A stretch of 64,000 bases of DNA from an uncultured Planctomycetota bacterium (GTDB lineage Bacteria > Planctomycetota > Planctomycetia > Gemmatales > Gemmataceae): the NCBI GenBank assembly GCA_963849325.1, contig CAWKHF010000005.1:224001-288000 (forward strand), given 5' to 3'. Under the pieces are notes generated by a model that saw only the letters and a list, made by a program, of their open reading frames with translations, was not told where the DNA came from and made no database searches. The first letter of the stretch is position 1, and every line of letters begins with the position of its first letter. This document shows, one piece after another, positions 31,494 to 42,428 of this stretch. Both the position numbers and the translations under genes were made by a program.

Positions 31494-33020
31494 TCAGCGC
31501 GCTCCGATCCCCATCCCGGTGGGATAGCCGGGTTGTCCAGGACCAGGCCGTTCCGCCGGCATGGGGATGGGCGTTGTCGCGGGCGTTCCGGTGAGGGAGC
31601 GTTGCAGCGCGGTTCGACGGCGGAAGAACTCGGCCGTGGCCTGGTAATAACGATCTTGCAAGTTCACCAGGTTGCGCTGCACCTCGATCAGAGTCGAGAG
31701 CGGGATGTTCCCGTTCACATAGGCCGGTTGCGCCGCCTTCACGTTCTGCCGGGCCGCGGGCAATACATCCTTCTCCAGTAGCCGAATGGTCCGCAAGCTC
31801 TCGCGCCACTGTTCGTAAGCTTGCTGCACCTCAAAGCCGGCTTGGCTGGTCTGGCGAGCATACTGCGCCTGGAGTTCCGCAAGCCGAGACTCGGCCTCGA
31901 CGACGGCACCGTGGCGCTTCCCCAGGCGAACCGGCAGGTTGACGCGCATGGCGAGCTGCGCCCGCTGCAACGGGTTGTCCCAGAAGGAATCGTAGGCCGC
32001 CATCGCGTCGATGTCGGGATAATACTCCTTGTAGGCGAGCTTGACGGCGGCCTTGGCGGCCTTGATCTGGTCCGCCAACTTCAGCAGGTCGAGGCGCTGG
32101 CTCAAGGCCTGGGCCAGCAGAGCCTGCGGATCGGGCAGCTCATCCTCCACCTGAATCTCCTTGGGAGGCGGCGGCAGAGCGAGGGAGGGAGGGAGCTGCA
32201 AGAGCGTGTTGATGCGGGCGATGGCTACCTGTCGCTGCCGTTCCAGGATGATCTCGGCCTCGCGCAGACGGCCGATCTCCACTTCGGCTTGCAGGGGATC
32301 CTGCGCGGAGACCTGGCCGTTGGTGAAGCGGGCCTCCGCGTCGCGCTTGAAGCGCCGCACGAGCCGCAGGGCTTCCGCGTTGACCTCCCGCGCCCGATCG
32401 ATCAAGTAGTAATCGTAGAACGCATCCCGAGCGCTTTCGAGCAACTGTTGACGCACATTGTCCACGTCGCGGCCGGCGGCGTTGGCCTCGTTCCGGGCGA
32501 CCTCGCCGCGCAGCCGCAGCTTTCCGGGCCATTGATACCTCTGGAAGATTTCCAGACGGTAGCCGTTTCCCACTTGCGAGAAGGCCGCCGGCGACAGGTT
32601 CGTGCCGAACAGGGGATCGTCCAGCGAAGTTACCTGCGGATAGCGCGCCTGGGCTGCCCTCCAGGCAGCGGCCATCTCGGGCAGCGATGGATTGCGGGCC
32701 AGGACGGCCTCGACCAGGGCATCGACCGATAGCTCCGTCCTGTTCTCAAACGGCGGTGCGGTGGAGGAGGGAGTCGAGGCAAGGGGCGGGACGGGGGTAG
32801 GCGGAGGTAGATTGGCTTCCGGCGGCGTCGCTTCCTGGTAGGCGACCTGCTGGATTCGCTCCGGTTCCGGGGGAGAGGGATCGCGCTCGGCAACCGCCGT
32901 GGCCGGGACGACGGGAGACGTCGCGGGTCTGGGGGAAGAAACAAGCGAGCAGCCCGTCACCAAGGAGAGCAGCAGCACCAGCCAGCACTCCGGCCGCGTT
33001 CCTCGGTGTCGTCGCATCAC
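31494..33020 (-). CDS. TolC-family outer membrane efflux lipoprotein
   Basis: LVTGC lipobox, ARNPSL, WPGKLRLRG, helical OEP repeats; convergent with cusBA. Confidence 0.88.
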   Translation of the reverse strand: MMRRHRGTRPECWLVLLLSLVTGCSLVSSPRPATSPVVPATAVAERDPSPPEPERIQQVAYQEATPPEANLPPPTPVPPLASTPSSTAPPFENRTELSVDALVEAVLARNPSLPEMAAAWRAAQARYPQVTSLDDPLFGTNLSPAAFSQVGNGYRLEIFQRYQWPGKLRLRGEVARNEANAAGRDVDNVRQQLLESARDAFYDYYLIDRAREVNAEALRLVRRFKRDAEARFTNGQVSAQDPLQAEVEIGRLREAEIILERQRQVAIARINTLLQLPPSLALPPPPKEIQVEDELPDPQALLAQALSQRLDLLKLADQIKAAKAAVKLAYKEYYPDIDAMAAYDSFWDNPLQRAQLAMRVNLPVRLGKRHGAVVEAESRLAELQAQYARQTSQAGFEVQQAYEQWRESLRTIRLLEKDVLPAARQNVKAAQPAYVNGNIPLSTLIEVQRNLVNLQDRYYQATAEFFRRRTALQRSLTGTPATTPIPMPAERPGPGQPGYPTGMGIGAR

Positions 33021-33132
33021 GAACCCCCTCCTTCAGCGGAACGTGCCGTCGGTTCGGGCCGTGAGCAATCGGGTTCGCGCTGCTGTCCTTATCGGCATGG
33101 TACAATCGGAACTATCGGGAAAAACGGTCTTC

Positions 33133-33199
33133 TCGTTTAGCCGCGACGCGCAGCGGAGCGCGGGAGTGTCGCGCTCCGCTGCGCGTCGCGGCTAAACGA
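33133..33199. repeat. REP-like palindrome, family A
   Basis: Same arms as 696-762. Confidence 0.9.
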
Positions 33200-33367
33200 C
33201 ACACCATCGCGGTGAAACGGGGCGCCCTTGCAACGGGAGCGTCCCTGTCCGACAATACCCTTCACCGACTCGCCCGTGCGCGAACCGCGGAGGCCGTGAC
33301 TGCGTAACAGCAGCGTGGCGTCCGTGGCGGAGCGCCCGATCCGCAACCCCCCAACCGTGCGAATGCC

Positions 33368-34416
33368 GTGGACAACCCCAACATCCTGAAGGTCCAAAAC
33401 TTCATCCTCACCTTCAGCAGCATCCTCTACGAGGCGCTGCCGTTCATCATTCTCGGCGCCGTCATCGCCGGCATTCTCGAAGAAATGCTGCCGCAACGGC
33501 TCATCACGCGCTTCTGCCGCGCAGCCGTACCCTGGCCATCGTCCTGGGCGCTCTGCTCGGCCTGATCTTCCCCATGTGCGAGTGCGGCATCATCCCCGTC
33601 ATGCGCCGCCTCATCCGCAAGGGGCTGCCGTTGAGCTGCTGCGTCGCTTACCTGTTGGCCGGGCCGATCATCAATGTCGTCGTCCTGCTCAGCACCTTCG
33701 TCGCCTTCTCGGGCATGGAGAACGCCGTCGAACCGGGCGGCGCTAAGTCGAACCAGATGGGCGGCTGGTGGATGATGGGCTTTCGCGCTGGCCTGGGCTT
33801 CCTCGTCGCCGTCGGCACCGCGCACGTCGTCGAATGGCAGCATCGCAAGTACGGCAGCAAGCTGCTCATGCCCCTGGCCATCCCCAGTTCGCTGCCCTTG
33901 ACCGAGGAAGAGGACGTTGCGGAGGAGAAGCGCTCGGCGTGGCAGCGCCTCAGCAACATCTCCGACACGGCCCTGCACGACTTCATCGACATCACCGTCT
34001 TTCTCATCCTCGGCGCCCTGCTGGCCGCCAGCACGCGGCAACTGGTGACGCAGGAGATGATCGCCGACCTGTCGCGCAATCACACCGTCCTGGCCATCGG
34101 CCTGATGATGCTGCTGGCCATTCTCTTGTGTTTGTGCAGTGAGGCCGACGCCTTCGTGGCCGCCAGTTTCGTGACGCTGCGGCCGTCGGCCAAGCTGGCC
34201 TTCCTGGTGCTCGGCCCCATGCTCGATCTCAAATTGTACCTGATGTACACGCGCGTCTTCCGCCCGCGCTTGATTTACACCATCTTTCTGTCGGTCATCG
34301 TCCAGGTGTTCGCTTGGTCTTACGTCACGCACCTGTTCTGGGAGCAGCTACGCTTCGCAACTCCTGTCGGCGCACGCTCTCGGCACCGCGACCGCAATCG
34401 CTCGGCGCCCCCGTAA
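33368..34416 (+). CDS. DUF318/YcgR-like permease (frameshift near 33520)
   Basis: EALPF, FPMCECGIIP, LLAGPIIN, LCSEADAFVA, FLVLGPMLDLK. Confidence 0.85.
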
Positions 34417-34509
34417 GTCGAGGAGGTCCGTCTTATGGTCCACGAGCACTCGTGTCTTGACTGGAAGGAACTTCGACAAATCATTCGTCGCGTAGAGGAG
34501 GTTTCTCTC

Positions 34510-35423
34510 ATGGCCAGATCACGATCACGCGCACGGCGACCGCAACGCCTATTACCTCAACCAACTCTTCACCATCGCCGTGTGCGGCGCGCTCGGCGGC
34601 GTCGCCGTCATGCTGTGGTATAGCGGCAATCTGAGGTTCATGCTGGCCTCGAAATTCTTTATCTGGGTGTTCCTCGGCGGCGTCACCCTGCTGGCGCTGG
34701 TGCTGGTCCGCGCCGTCGCCGTCTGGCACTCCGTCGATGCAAACCCGTCCCCGGACACGAGCACATTGCGATCACGATCACGAACATTCGACGGACGCAC
34801 GATCACGGCCACGGCGATCTGCTGACCACGATCACGACCACGATCACGGACATGGCCACGGAGACGACCACGGCCACGATCACGGCTGGGCGCCGTGGCG
34901 TTACGTCGTCTTGCTCTTGCCGGTGGTGCTGTATTTCCTGAACCTGCCCAACCAGGGCTTCACGGCCGACGTCGGCGACAATCCGCTGCTGAACCTGGAT
35001 TTGAAGACGCCGACGGCCGTTCGTTCGACGGGGATGGCGACGGTCGGTTTCGCGGAATTGCAGCAAGCGTCGCTGACGCTGGAAAGCCGCGATTACTACG
35101 AGGGCAAAACCATCACACTGACCGGCCAATATGCCGGCGACGATCCGAAACGCTTCACCCTGGTGCGTTACAAGATCGCCTGTTGCGCCGCCGACGCCGT
35201 GCGGCTCAACGCCGTCATCATGATCGATCCCGACTCGTCGGAGAAAATCGACCCGGACAAGTATCGCAATCAGTGGGTCGAGGTGAAGGGCCGCGTCCAC
35301 TTCTTCCCGAAGCCGGGCGGCAACGAATACATCACGGCGTTGATCCTGTACCCGACCAAGGACGAGCCGCTCGACCAGTTTGCCAAGATCATCCCGCCGC
35401 CGGCGACGCCGTGGGTGAACTGA
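34510..35423 (+). CDS. His-rich TIGR03943/YcgQ-like membrane protein (frameshifts)
   Basis: DHDHDHGHGH tract, YEGKTITLTG, RYKIACCAADA, QWVEVKG; usual partner of the DUF318 permease. Confidence 0.75.
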
Positions 35424-35446
35424 TCGTGGGGCTTAGCGAGGAATCC

Positions 35447-35501
35447 GAGCCGCGACCGTTAGGGAGCGGGGGCGTTTCCCGCTCCCTAACGGTCGCGGCT
35501 C
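35447..35501. repeat. REP-like palindrome, family C
   Basis: Inverted repeat overlapping the ltaE stop. Confidence 0.88.
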
Positions 35502-36546
35502 AGCGCGTCGTGAGCCGCAAACGGCGAATCGTCTCGGCGGCGCGTTCGGCCTGCGCCGCCGACACGTCCAGATGCGTGCAGGCGCGCAAGCGTTGAGGAC
35601 CGGCTGCGTGGACCAGTACGCCGCGCTCGCGCAGTGCCGCCGCCACGTCTTTCGCCGTGCCCAGGCCGCGATCCACCCGGAACCAGATCAGGTTCGTCTC
35701 CACCTCCGGCGGCGTCAGCTCCAGCCCCGGCGTGTCGGCGATGGCGCGGGCGATCAGTTGCGCATGGCGATGGTCCTCGGCCAGGCGCTCGACGTGGTGA
35801 TCGAGGGCGTACAGCGCCGCCGCGGCCAGCACGCCGGCCTGCCTCATGCCGCCGCCGAACAATTTGCGGATGCGCCGCGCTCGCGCCACGAACTCTCTCG
35901 GTCCCGCCAGCGCCGAGCCGACCGGCGCTCCCAGTCCCTTGCTGAAGCACACCGACACCGTGTCGAACATTTCGGCCCACTCGTTGGCGGCGATGCCGGT
36001 GGCGACGACGGCGTTCCACAGCCGCGCCCCGTCGAGATGCAGGATCAAGCCATGCTTGCGCGTCCAGGCGTGGATGGCCTGGATTTTCTCGAAGGGGTAG
36101 ACGCGGCCGCCGCCGCGGTTGTGCGTGTTCTCCAGGCACACCAGCCGCGTCCGGACCTGGTGAGCGTCGTCGGGCCGGACCTGATCTTCCAGCTGGCTGA
36201 CGTCGAGGATACCGTCGTCGCCAGCGAGCGTGTGGCAGGTGACGCCGCTGAGTACGGCCGGGCCGCCGGCCTCATAGTTGTAAATGTGACAATTGACATC
36301 GCACAAGAGCTCGTCGCCCGGCTGCGTATGGACCTTGACGGCGATCTGGTTGGACATGGTGCCCGACGGCACGAACAGGGCGGCTTCCTTGCCGAGCCGC
36401 TGGGCGACGTGCTCTTCCAGGCGGTTGACGGTGGGGTCTTCGTGGAAGACGTCGTCGCCGACCTCGGCGGCGTGCATGGCGGCGCGCATGGCCGGCGTCG
36501 GCCGGGTCACGGTGTCGCTGCGCAGGTCGATCATCGGTTCCGGCAT
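35500..36546 (-). CDS. ltaE: Low-specificity L-threonine aldolase
   Basis: [56 protein letters not shown]. Confidence 0.95.
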   Translation of the reverse strand: MPEPMIDLRSDTVTRPTPAMRAAMHAAEVGDDVFHEDPTVNRLEEHVAQRLGKEAALFVPSGTMSNQIAVKVHTQPGDELLCDVNCHIYNYEAGGPAVLSGVTCHTLAGDDGILDVSQLEDQVRPDDAHQVRTRLVCLENTHNRGGGRVYPFEKIQAIHAWTRKHGLILHLDGARLWNAVVATGIAANEWAEMFDTVSVCFSKGLGAPVGSALAGPREFVARARRIRKLFGGGMRQAGVLAAAALYALDHHVERLAEDHRHAQLIARAIADTPGLELTPPEVETNLIWFRVDRGLGTAKDVAAALRERGVLVHAAGPQRLRACTHLDVSAAQAERAAETIRRLRLTTR

Positions 36547-36578
36547 GAGCGTGCTCCATCCTTCTGAAGTGTGCGGAA

Positions 36579-36640
36579 GTTTAGCCGCGACCGCGCAGCG
36601 GCAGTGCGCGTTACTGCCGCTGCGCCGTTCGCGGCTAAAC
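36579..36640. repeat. REP-like palindrome, family A variant
   Basis: GTTTAGCCGCGA..GCGCAGCGGCAGT / ACTGCCGCTGCGC..TCGCGGCTAAAC. Confidence 0.8.
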
Positions 36641-36642
36641 GA

Positions 36643-37077
36643 TTACTTTGACTTACTACGATGTTCCATGAACCAGCGGCCGTTGTCCTTGTGGAAACAC
36701 AGGCGGCGGTCGTTGTCCTTCAGACGCACGGCGACGCGGTCCTTGTCCTCCTGCCAGTCGCCGTCCTTGAGGAAGCGCTGCAAGAGCTTGACCGTGAGCG
36801 AATCGAGCCGGGCGCGCGTGTCCTCGACCTGTCCCTCGAAGCGGCCGCCGTACAGCCGCTTGACGCGATCGTCCACGAAGGCCGGCTCGGCGAGTTGGGC
36901 GACGACGTAATCGACGCGCCGGGCCTCGACCGCCTTGAGGACGGAGTCCAGCGTTTCCTTGGCCGTGCTCTGCGGATAGGTCCGCAAGTCCGGGGCGATG
37001 CCGTAGCGCGTGGCGCTCTCGGCCCCACTACTCAGCACGACCAGCGATCCCAGCAACACGCCGACATACGTATTCAT
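36643..37077 (-). CDS. Secreted hypothetical protein
   Basis: Signal-peptide-like N-terminus, GGAG RBS, typical codon usage. Confidence 0.65.
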   Translation of the reverse strand: MNTYVGVLLGSLVVLSSGAESATRYGIAPDLRTYPQSTAKETLDSVLKAVEARRVDYVVAQLAEPAFVDDRVKRLYGGRFEGQVEDTRARLDSLTVKLLQRFLKDGDWQEDKDRVAVRLKDNDRRLCFHKDNGRWFMEHRSKSK

Positions 37078-37223
37078 GCTCATCCACTCCGTTTTCGTCG
37101 CGGCGACACCACTCTTCTGCTTGTAACAGGAACCGGCCGGCGCGGCAACCGTGCGAACGAAACTTCGCCGTGTCCTGGCCCTCCCGCGCCCGGAGGAAAA
37201 TACCAACGATCTCTCTTTTGTCA

Positions 37224-37252
37224 TTGACAGCCCCATCCACGAGACCTACAGT
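37224..37252 (+). promoter_or_regulatory. Sigma-70 type promoter of the DUF1559 gene
   Basis: TTGACA-17 nt-TACAGT. Confidence 0.65.
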
Positions 37253-37297
37253 CAAGCCGTTCCGACACATCACCTGTCTTGGATAAGGGAGAGGGCC

Positions 37298-38298
37298 ATG
37301 GTCGCCAAGCGTGCCGCTTTCACCTTGATCGAGTTGCTGGTGGTGATCGCCATTATCGCCATCCTCATCGGCCTGCTCTTGCCGGCCGTGCAGAAAGTGC
37401 GCGAGGCGGCCGCCCGTGTCCAGTGCGGCAACAATCTCAAACAACTGGCCCTCGCCATTCACAACTGCCACGACACCAACGGCAAAATGCCCCCCGCCGT
37501 CGGCTTCTTCCCGGGGACGTCCCTTCAACCCGGAGCGGCCTTCGGCGTCGGCCTCTTCCACCTGCTGCCCTACGTCGAGCAGGGCAACCTGTACGCCAGC
37601 TCTCAGGGGACGCTCTTCGGCGTGCCCGGCGTGTATTGTCCCGACAACAATGGCGTGTATTCTCGGCCGGTCAAGACGTTCGTCTGTCCGGCCGACCCCA
37701 GCGTCGGCGGCAACGGCACGGTGCAGGATCCCGGCGGCAGCGGCGTCGTTTGGGGTGTCTCCAATTACGCCTTCAATTCGCTGCTTTTCTGTGCCCAGAA
37801 CGGCATCAACTACACCACGCCGCCGACGGCTAACGGCCAAAGCGTCGATCCGCAGGGGATGGCGACCATTCCCGCTTCCATCCCCGACGGCCTGTCGAAC
37901 ACGATCTTGGCGGCCGAGAAGTACGCTCTCTGCACCAATGGCGCCAGCAGTGGCACCTTTGGACCCTACGGCGGGAGTTACTGGGCCTTCAGCGCCGTGC
38001 CTTCGCCGTCCCTGGCGCAGCCGATGGCGACTCCCCTGCCGGTTTATCCGGGCTTCGAGATCTCGTTCTTCGCGCCTATTCGGGGACCGTCATCGGGCCG
38101 GCGTCCAAGTTCCAGGTGCAGCCCAATCCGTACAAGGGCAACTGCGATCCTTTCCGCGCCTCCTCGCCGCATACGAACGTGATGGTTACCGCCCTGTGCG
38201 ATGCCAGCGTTCGCAACCTGTCGTCGGCGATCAGTCCGAATACCTGGTGGTGGGCCTGCACGCCTTCCGGCGGCGAAGCGCTCCCGTCCGACTGGTAA
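37298..38298 (+). CDS. DUF1559 prepilin-type N-terminal cleavage protein (frameshift near 38080)
   Basis: [62 protein letters not shown]. Confidence 0.92.
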
Positions 38299-38307
38299 GG
38301 AGGTGGC

Positions 38308-38703
38308 ATGACTTCTCGACTCGTGGCGGCGTTCGTTCTGTTGGATCTGCTGTCGCTGCTGGCGGGTTGCGGACGCGGCTGGGGGCAGGTCTCTGGCACG
38401 GTGCGCTACAAAGGCCAGGCGCTGCCCAATGGCACCATCACCTTCTACGATGAGGCCAACCAGCCCGTCTCCAGTCCCATTGACGCCGACGGCAAGTACG
38501 CGGTGGACAAGGTCGCTGCCGGCAAGGTCAAGATCACCGTTACCGCTCCCATGCCCATCTACCTGCCGGGCGACCCGAAGCGTTTCGAGAAGCCGCCGGC
38601 CAACATGCCGAACTTGCCCGCCCGCTACGCCGATGCCGAACAATCGGGACTAAATCGGACGGTGAAAGCGGGCAGCCAAACTCTCATCCTCGACCTCGAT
38701 TGA
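38308..38703 (+). CDS. Carboxypeptidase-regulatory-like lipoprotein (usual DUF1559 partner)
   Basis: LAGC lipobox, VSGTVRYKGQAL..GTITF, LPARY..SGL. Confidence 0.85.
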   Translation: MTSRLVAAFVLLDLLSLLAGCGRGWGQVSGTVRYKGQALPNGTITFYDEANQPVSSPIDADGKYAVDKVAAGKVKITVTAPMPIYLPGDPKRFEKPPANMPNLPARYADAEQSGLNRTVKAGSQTLILDLD

Positions 38704-39094
38704 ATCAACGGAGCCGTTTTTCGTCGTGGGAGCCATCGCCGGTGGGTAGCCGGGCCCGTGAGACCGTGGGGCAAAGAAGGGAGAGCGGTACGATTAGTGC
38801 TACCTCTACCCGCCACTCCTTTTCGATTCTCGAATGGCTTCAAGGCGCGTGATATGCTTCCGAAGAGCCTGCTTGAGTGCGAAGCAGAATGGCTCTAACT
38901 GTCCGCCCGCATTCTCGGCCTCTTCCAGACTTGCCAATCGTCTGCGAGCCGCGGCTAAATCGAGTAGAGGCGGATTTCTTCCGGGCCATTGCAGTGTCGC
39001 GTTGATGGCTTCCTTACGAAGCTGGACTGCTCCCCAAAAAGTGGTCCAGGTGCTATGAGAGTCTCTGAGGCTCTTCGCGGGCAGGAGACGAACC

Positions 39095-39367
39095 ATGAAA
39101 CGACACACGGCCGAAGAGATCATCCCCAAGCTGCGACAAGCCGAGGCCGACCTCGCCCAAGGCTTGACCCTCGCCCAGGTCTGCCAACGCCTGGCCATTA
39201 GCGAGCAGACCCTGCATCGCTGGCGCAACCAGTACGGCGGACTCAAGCAAGACGAGGCCAAACGCCTCAAGGAACTGGAAGCCGAGAACGCACGCCTCAA
39301 GCGTCTGGTCGCGGAACTGGCCCTGGACAAGCAGATGCTCCAGGAGGTCGCCCAAAAAAAGTGCTGA
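39095..39367 (+). CDS. IS3 transposase OrfA
   Basis: HTH (ISEQTLHRWRNQYGG) and leucine zipper (RLKELEAENARLKRLVA); A7G slippery site at 39354-39361. Confidence 0.92.
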   Translation: MKRHTAEEIIPKLRQAEADLAQGLTLAQVCQRLAISEQTLHRWRNQYGGLKQDEAKRLKELEAENARLKRLVAELALDKQMLQEVAQKKC

Positions 39368-40272
39368 GCGCCGACCAGCGTCGTCAGGTCGTGCGTCAAC
39401 TCCAAGAGACCTTCGGCGTGTCGCAACGTCGCGCCTGCCGTGTGCTGGGGCAACCACGCTCCACGCAGCGGCAGACGCCCCAAACCTCCGAGGAGGAGGG
39501 ACGATTGGTGCAGCGGATGTTGGCGATGGTGCGGCAGCATCCGCGTTGGGGCTACCGCCGCATCACGGTGTTGCTGCGGCGGGAAGGCTGGCGTGTCAAC
39601 CGCAAGCGGGTGTACCGACTGTGGCGGCAGCAAGGGCTGAAAGTACCCCGAAAGCAGCGAAAAAAACGGCGGCTGGGTCACAGCGGCAACAGTTGCGTGC
39701 GGCGGCCGGCAGAGCACAAGGACCACGTGTGGACGTGGGATTTCTTGCACGATCGGACGAGCGATGGCCGGCCTTTGAAATGGTTCACGCTGATCGACGA
39801 GTACAGCCGCGAGTGCTTGGCGTTGGAGGTGGATCGGGGCATGACGGCCCAGGCGGTGAAGACGGTGCTGGCGAGCGTGGTGCAGCAGCGTGGCGTACCG
39901 ATGCACGTCCGCAGCGACAACGGCTCGGAGTTTATCGCCGCCGCCATCCGGACGTGGATGACGGCTGCGGGGTTGGAGACGTTGTACATTGCTCCGGGCG
40001 CGCCGTGGGAAAATGGCTACGCCGAGTCGTTCAACAGCAAGGTGCGGGACGAGCTGTTGAACACGGAGGAGTTTGGCAGCGTGGCAGAAGCGAAGGTGCT
40101 AGCCAAGGAGTGGCGTCAGGAATACAACCATGTCCGTCCTCACAGTTCGTTGGGGTATCGGACGCCAGCGGAGTTCGGGGAGATGTGTCCTCGTCCCGAC
40201 TCCGCTGCGCTACGCCGGGACGAGGACACATCTGTAACGGTTGATCCGACTCTCACAGCGCCTGGTACATAA
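39361..40272 (+). CDS. IS3 transposase OrfB (DDE), -1 programmed frameshift
   Basis: WTWDF, SDNGSEF, PWENGYAESFN, YNHVRPHSSLGY. Confidence 0.93.
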   Translation: MLSADQRRQVVRQLQETFGVSQRRACRVLGQPRSTQRQTPQTSEEEGRLVQRMLAMVRQHPRWGYRRITVLLRREGWRVNRKRVYRLWRQQGLKVPRKQRKKRRLGHSGNSCVRRPAEHKDHVWTWDFLHDRTSDGRPLKWFTLIDEYSRECLALEVDRGMTAQAVKTVLASVVQQRGVPMHVRSDNGSEFIAAAIRTWMTAAGLETLYIAPGAPWENGYAESFNSKVRDELLNTEEFGSVAEAKVLAKEWRQEYNHVRPHSSLGYRTPAEFGEMCPRPDSAALRRDEDTSVTVDPTLTAPGT

Positions 40273-40762
40273 AATGGGGGCAAGCCAAAGTTCCTCAAGT
40301 CGCTTATTGTCCAGTCCGAGTAGCGTGACGGTTACTCTCGCTGCTTCGTCACCCGCTGCCACGGAGATTATGCCGCGAATGCTAAATCGGAAGCGGGCCT
40401 CGCAACCCGCCGAGCGCGGAGAGACAAAAAGGTGTTGCTCCGCAGGTGGGGGCCAGTTCGCCTTGAAAACAGCACCGAACGGAACATAAGCACCGTCAGG
40501 AGCCGGATAGCATGCCACCATGTTACGATAGGCAACATCCCCTTCTCCTCGCACGCAATGTGCCTGGGGGATCATATGCTCGATATGCGAGCGATCCATG
40601 TTAATTCCGATACCGGTGTAGGCGCAAAGCCCTTGTTGTTCAGCGATGAGGGCAGCTTTCACCTCATTGCGCAAGGCTCCCGGTATGAGATCATATCCGT
40701 AGTTGATGTCAGCTTGTGATGCGGCACGCCATTGGGCATATGTCGTTGGCTCGGGCCGCGGA

Positions 40763-42097
40763 TTAATTGTCCTCATCAGTGAGAATCTCAAGGTTGTTGA
40801 TCGTGGCTTCGAGCCGCGCTGTATCCCGAGTAGTCCCATGCTGTAACCGCTTCAATACCTCGAGTCGTTCACGAGCCGCAGCAAGATCGCCTTCTTCTAA
40901 AGCAGCCTCAACGTCTTCGATGGCCTCCAGCCCTGGCAAGGTTCTTGATTGGACCTTCATGACATCTTCCAAGATCGCATTCGAGTCCAGCCCATACGAT
41001 TGATCGGGCGCTCTCCCGTCAGCCGGTTCGTCAAGCACGCGGACTTCTTCCGGGGCCACCTCTCCGATCACTTGGGGTGAGTGCGACGTACACACGAACT
41101 GGATTTTCGGAAAGATCCTTTTGAGATCGGCCGCGATCCGACGTTGCCAGCTTGGGTGCAGATGCACGTCAAGCTCATCGATCAGTACCACGCCAGGGGT
41201 CTGAGCCAGCACGTCAGGCAATGCACCGGCAGCTGGGGCGGGTCCATCATCTGGAACTAGGTAGTTATTCTGCGTTACCGCCTTGATAGCGATATCTGCC
41301 ACAAGTGCCAGCATCATTCGCTGTCCAGCGCTCAAATTGCTGAACGGTTGAGCGTAACTCTCGATGGACAGCACAATCTCGCTGCGGTCGCCGTCAAACC
41401 ACATCTCGTCCGCGCCAGGAACGCACTGCAGGACCGCTGTGCGAACCACCTCGTATCCCGCACGAAACCTCCCACCCCGGTTCACGGCCGCAAGAGCTTC
41501 CCGATGGAACCAGTCGCCGAGATCGGCAATCCGAATGCGTTCATTCAGGCAGTCGTAGAACGCCGCCCATCGACGGGCGCGTCCATTTGCAGCGCTGCGG
41601 GACCTGGGCCGCTCGTGGTGGGGCAGCCATGCCCGGCCCGCGCCGTAGTATGCGATCACCGGAAGAAGCACCTGTTCATCCCTGTTCGCTCGCTCATAAG
41701 TCGCTGCGACCACCTCTAACGCCGTCCTGGCTCCTGCGTTGCTTGCCTTCCTCTTGCCGGGCTTGATCTGGTGTTCCCAAATCAGATTATCTCGATCTTC
41801 AATTTGCCCTGTAGCTTTGATCGACACGCCACCACCCGCCTCGCGAAACTGCACGCGGTCGCCTGCCTGGTTACTTTCCAGCCGGATCTCGGAAGGAGAG
41901 ATTCCCCGTCGGCTGTTCAGCAAGGTGGAGTCAGGCGGCTCAACCAGCCAAACGCCGAGAGCTACCGCAAGTGCATCCAGCAGGCTCGTCTTGCCCGCAC
42001 CGTTGCCTCCGATCAGCAAGGTGAATTGCCGGTGCAGTCGCAAGTCGAATGCGTTGAACTTCTTGAAGTTCCGTAGCTCCAACCGGTCAATTCTCAT
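40763..42097 (-). CDS. PtuA-like ABC/AAA ATPase
   Basis: LIGGNGAGKTSLLDA, PVIAYYGAGR, LSAGQR, PGVVLIDELDVHLHPSWQR, FPKIQFVCTSHSP; overlaps the HNH start. Confidence 0.88.
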   Translation of the reverse strand: MRIDRLELRNFKKFNAFDLRLHRQFTLLIGGNGAGKTSLLDALAVALGVWLVEPPDSTLLNSRRGISPSEIRLESNQAGDRVQFREAGGGVSIKATGQIEDRDNLIWEHQIKPGKRKASNAGARTALEVVAATYERANRDEQVLLPVIAYYGAGRAWLPHHERPRSRSAANGRARRWAAFYDCLNERIRIADLGDWFHREALAAVNRGGRFRAGYEVVRTAVLQCVPGADEMWFDGDRSEIVLSIESYAQPFSNLSAGQRMMLALVADIAIKAVTQNNYLVPDDGPAPAAGALPDVLAQTPGVVLIDELDVHLHPSWQRRIAADLKRIFPKIQFVCTSHSPQVIGEVAPEEVRVLDEPADGRAPDQSYGLDSNAILEDVMKVQSRTLPGLEAIEDVEAALEEGDLAAARERLEVLKRLQHGTTRDTARLEATINNLEILTDEDN

Positions 42098-42428
42098 GAC
42101 GATCCCCTTGGGCCATTGTCCGGGGTATGTGCGGCCTTCACTCGCTCCGTGTTGCCGATGCTCTTTGTAGCCGCCGGGTTCCCCGAAAGGAATGCCTGGG
42201 CTCGTCGCGAGACGCGCCGCTTTCGTCACCGTGGCTCGGGCGGCGTTGAACCGCCGGCACGTGCTCGAGGAACTACTCGTGCTCGCGTCCGTTGCGTGGG
42301 AGCGGTGCCGCGCGCTCAAACTCCAGGCGGGCCTCATGGCGTTGCCGGCATGGTTCCAAAGTCCGGATATTCGGGTGACACCGGATCTGCATTTGCCGGG
42401 AGCTATTTAGGGACGATAGAATGATGGC

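Larger units (their letters stand above)
39023..40287 (+). mobile_element. IS3-family insertion sequence (IS407-like)
   Basis: TG..CA imperfect terminal IRs TGGACTGCTCCCCAAAAAGTGGTCCAGG / CCTGGTACATAAAATGGGGGCAAGCCA; flanks AAG(C)/AAG(T); orfA-orfB. Confidence 0.93.
38806..40776 (-). pseudogene. TIGR02646/PtuB-like HNH endonuclease interrupted by an IS3 element (parts 40288-40776 and 38806-39018)
   Basis: EQQGLCAY..HIEH..PQ..NMVAC; removing the IS and one target copy gives in-frame LGLDNKRLEEL-RKEAIN...LEPFCF, 233 aa. Confidence 0.85.

Noticed and set aside
22784-33020. Magnetosome gene cluster (MamK-like gene near metal transport genes)
   Set aside because: Neighbours are a tRNA and Cus-type efflux genes; no mamA/B/E/M/O/P/Q-like ORFs
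34770-34885. GACCAC/GATCAC tandem repeats as a DNA repeat element
   Set aside because: They encode the His-Asp tract of the TIGR03943-like protein
38700-42400. Complete retron system
   Set aside because: No reverse transcriptase ORF or msr-msd-like region beside the ATPase-HNH pair
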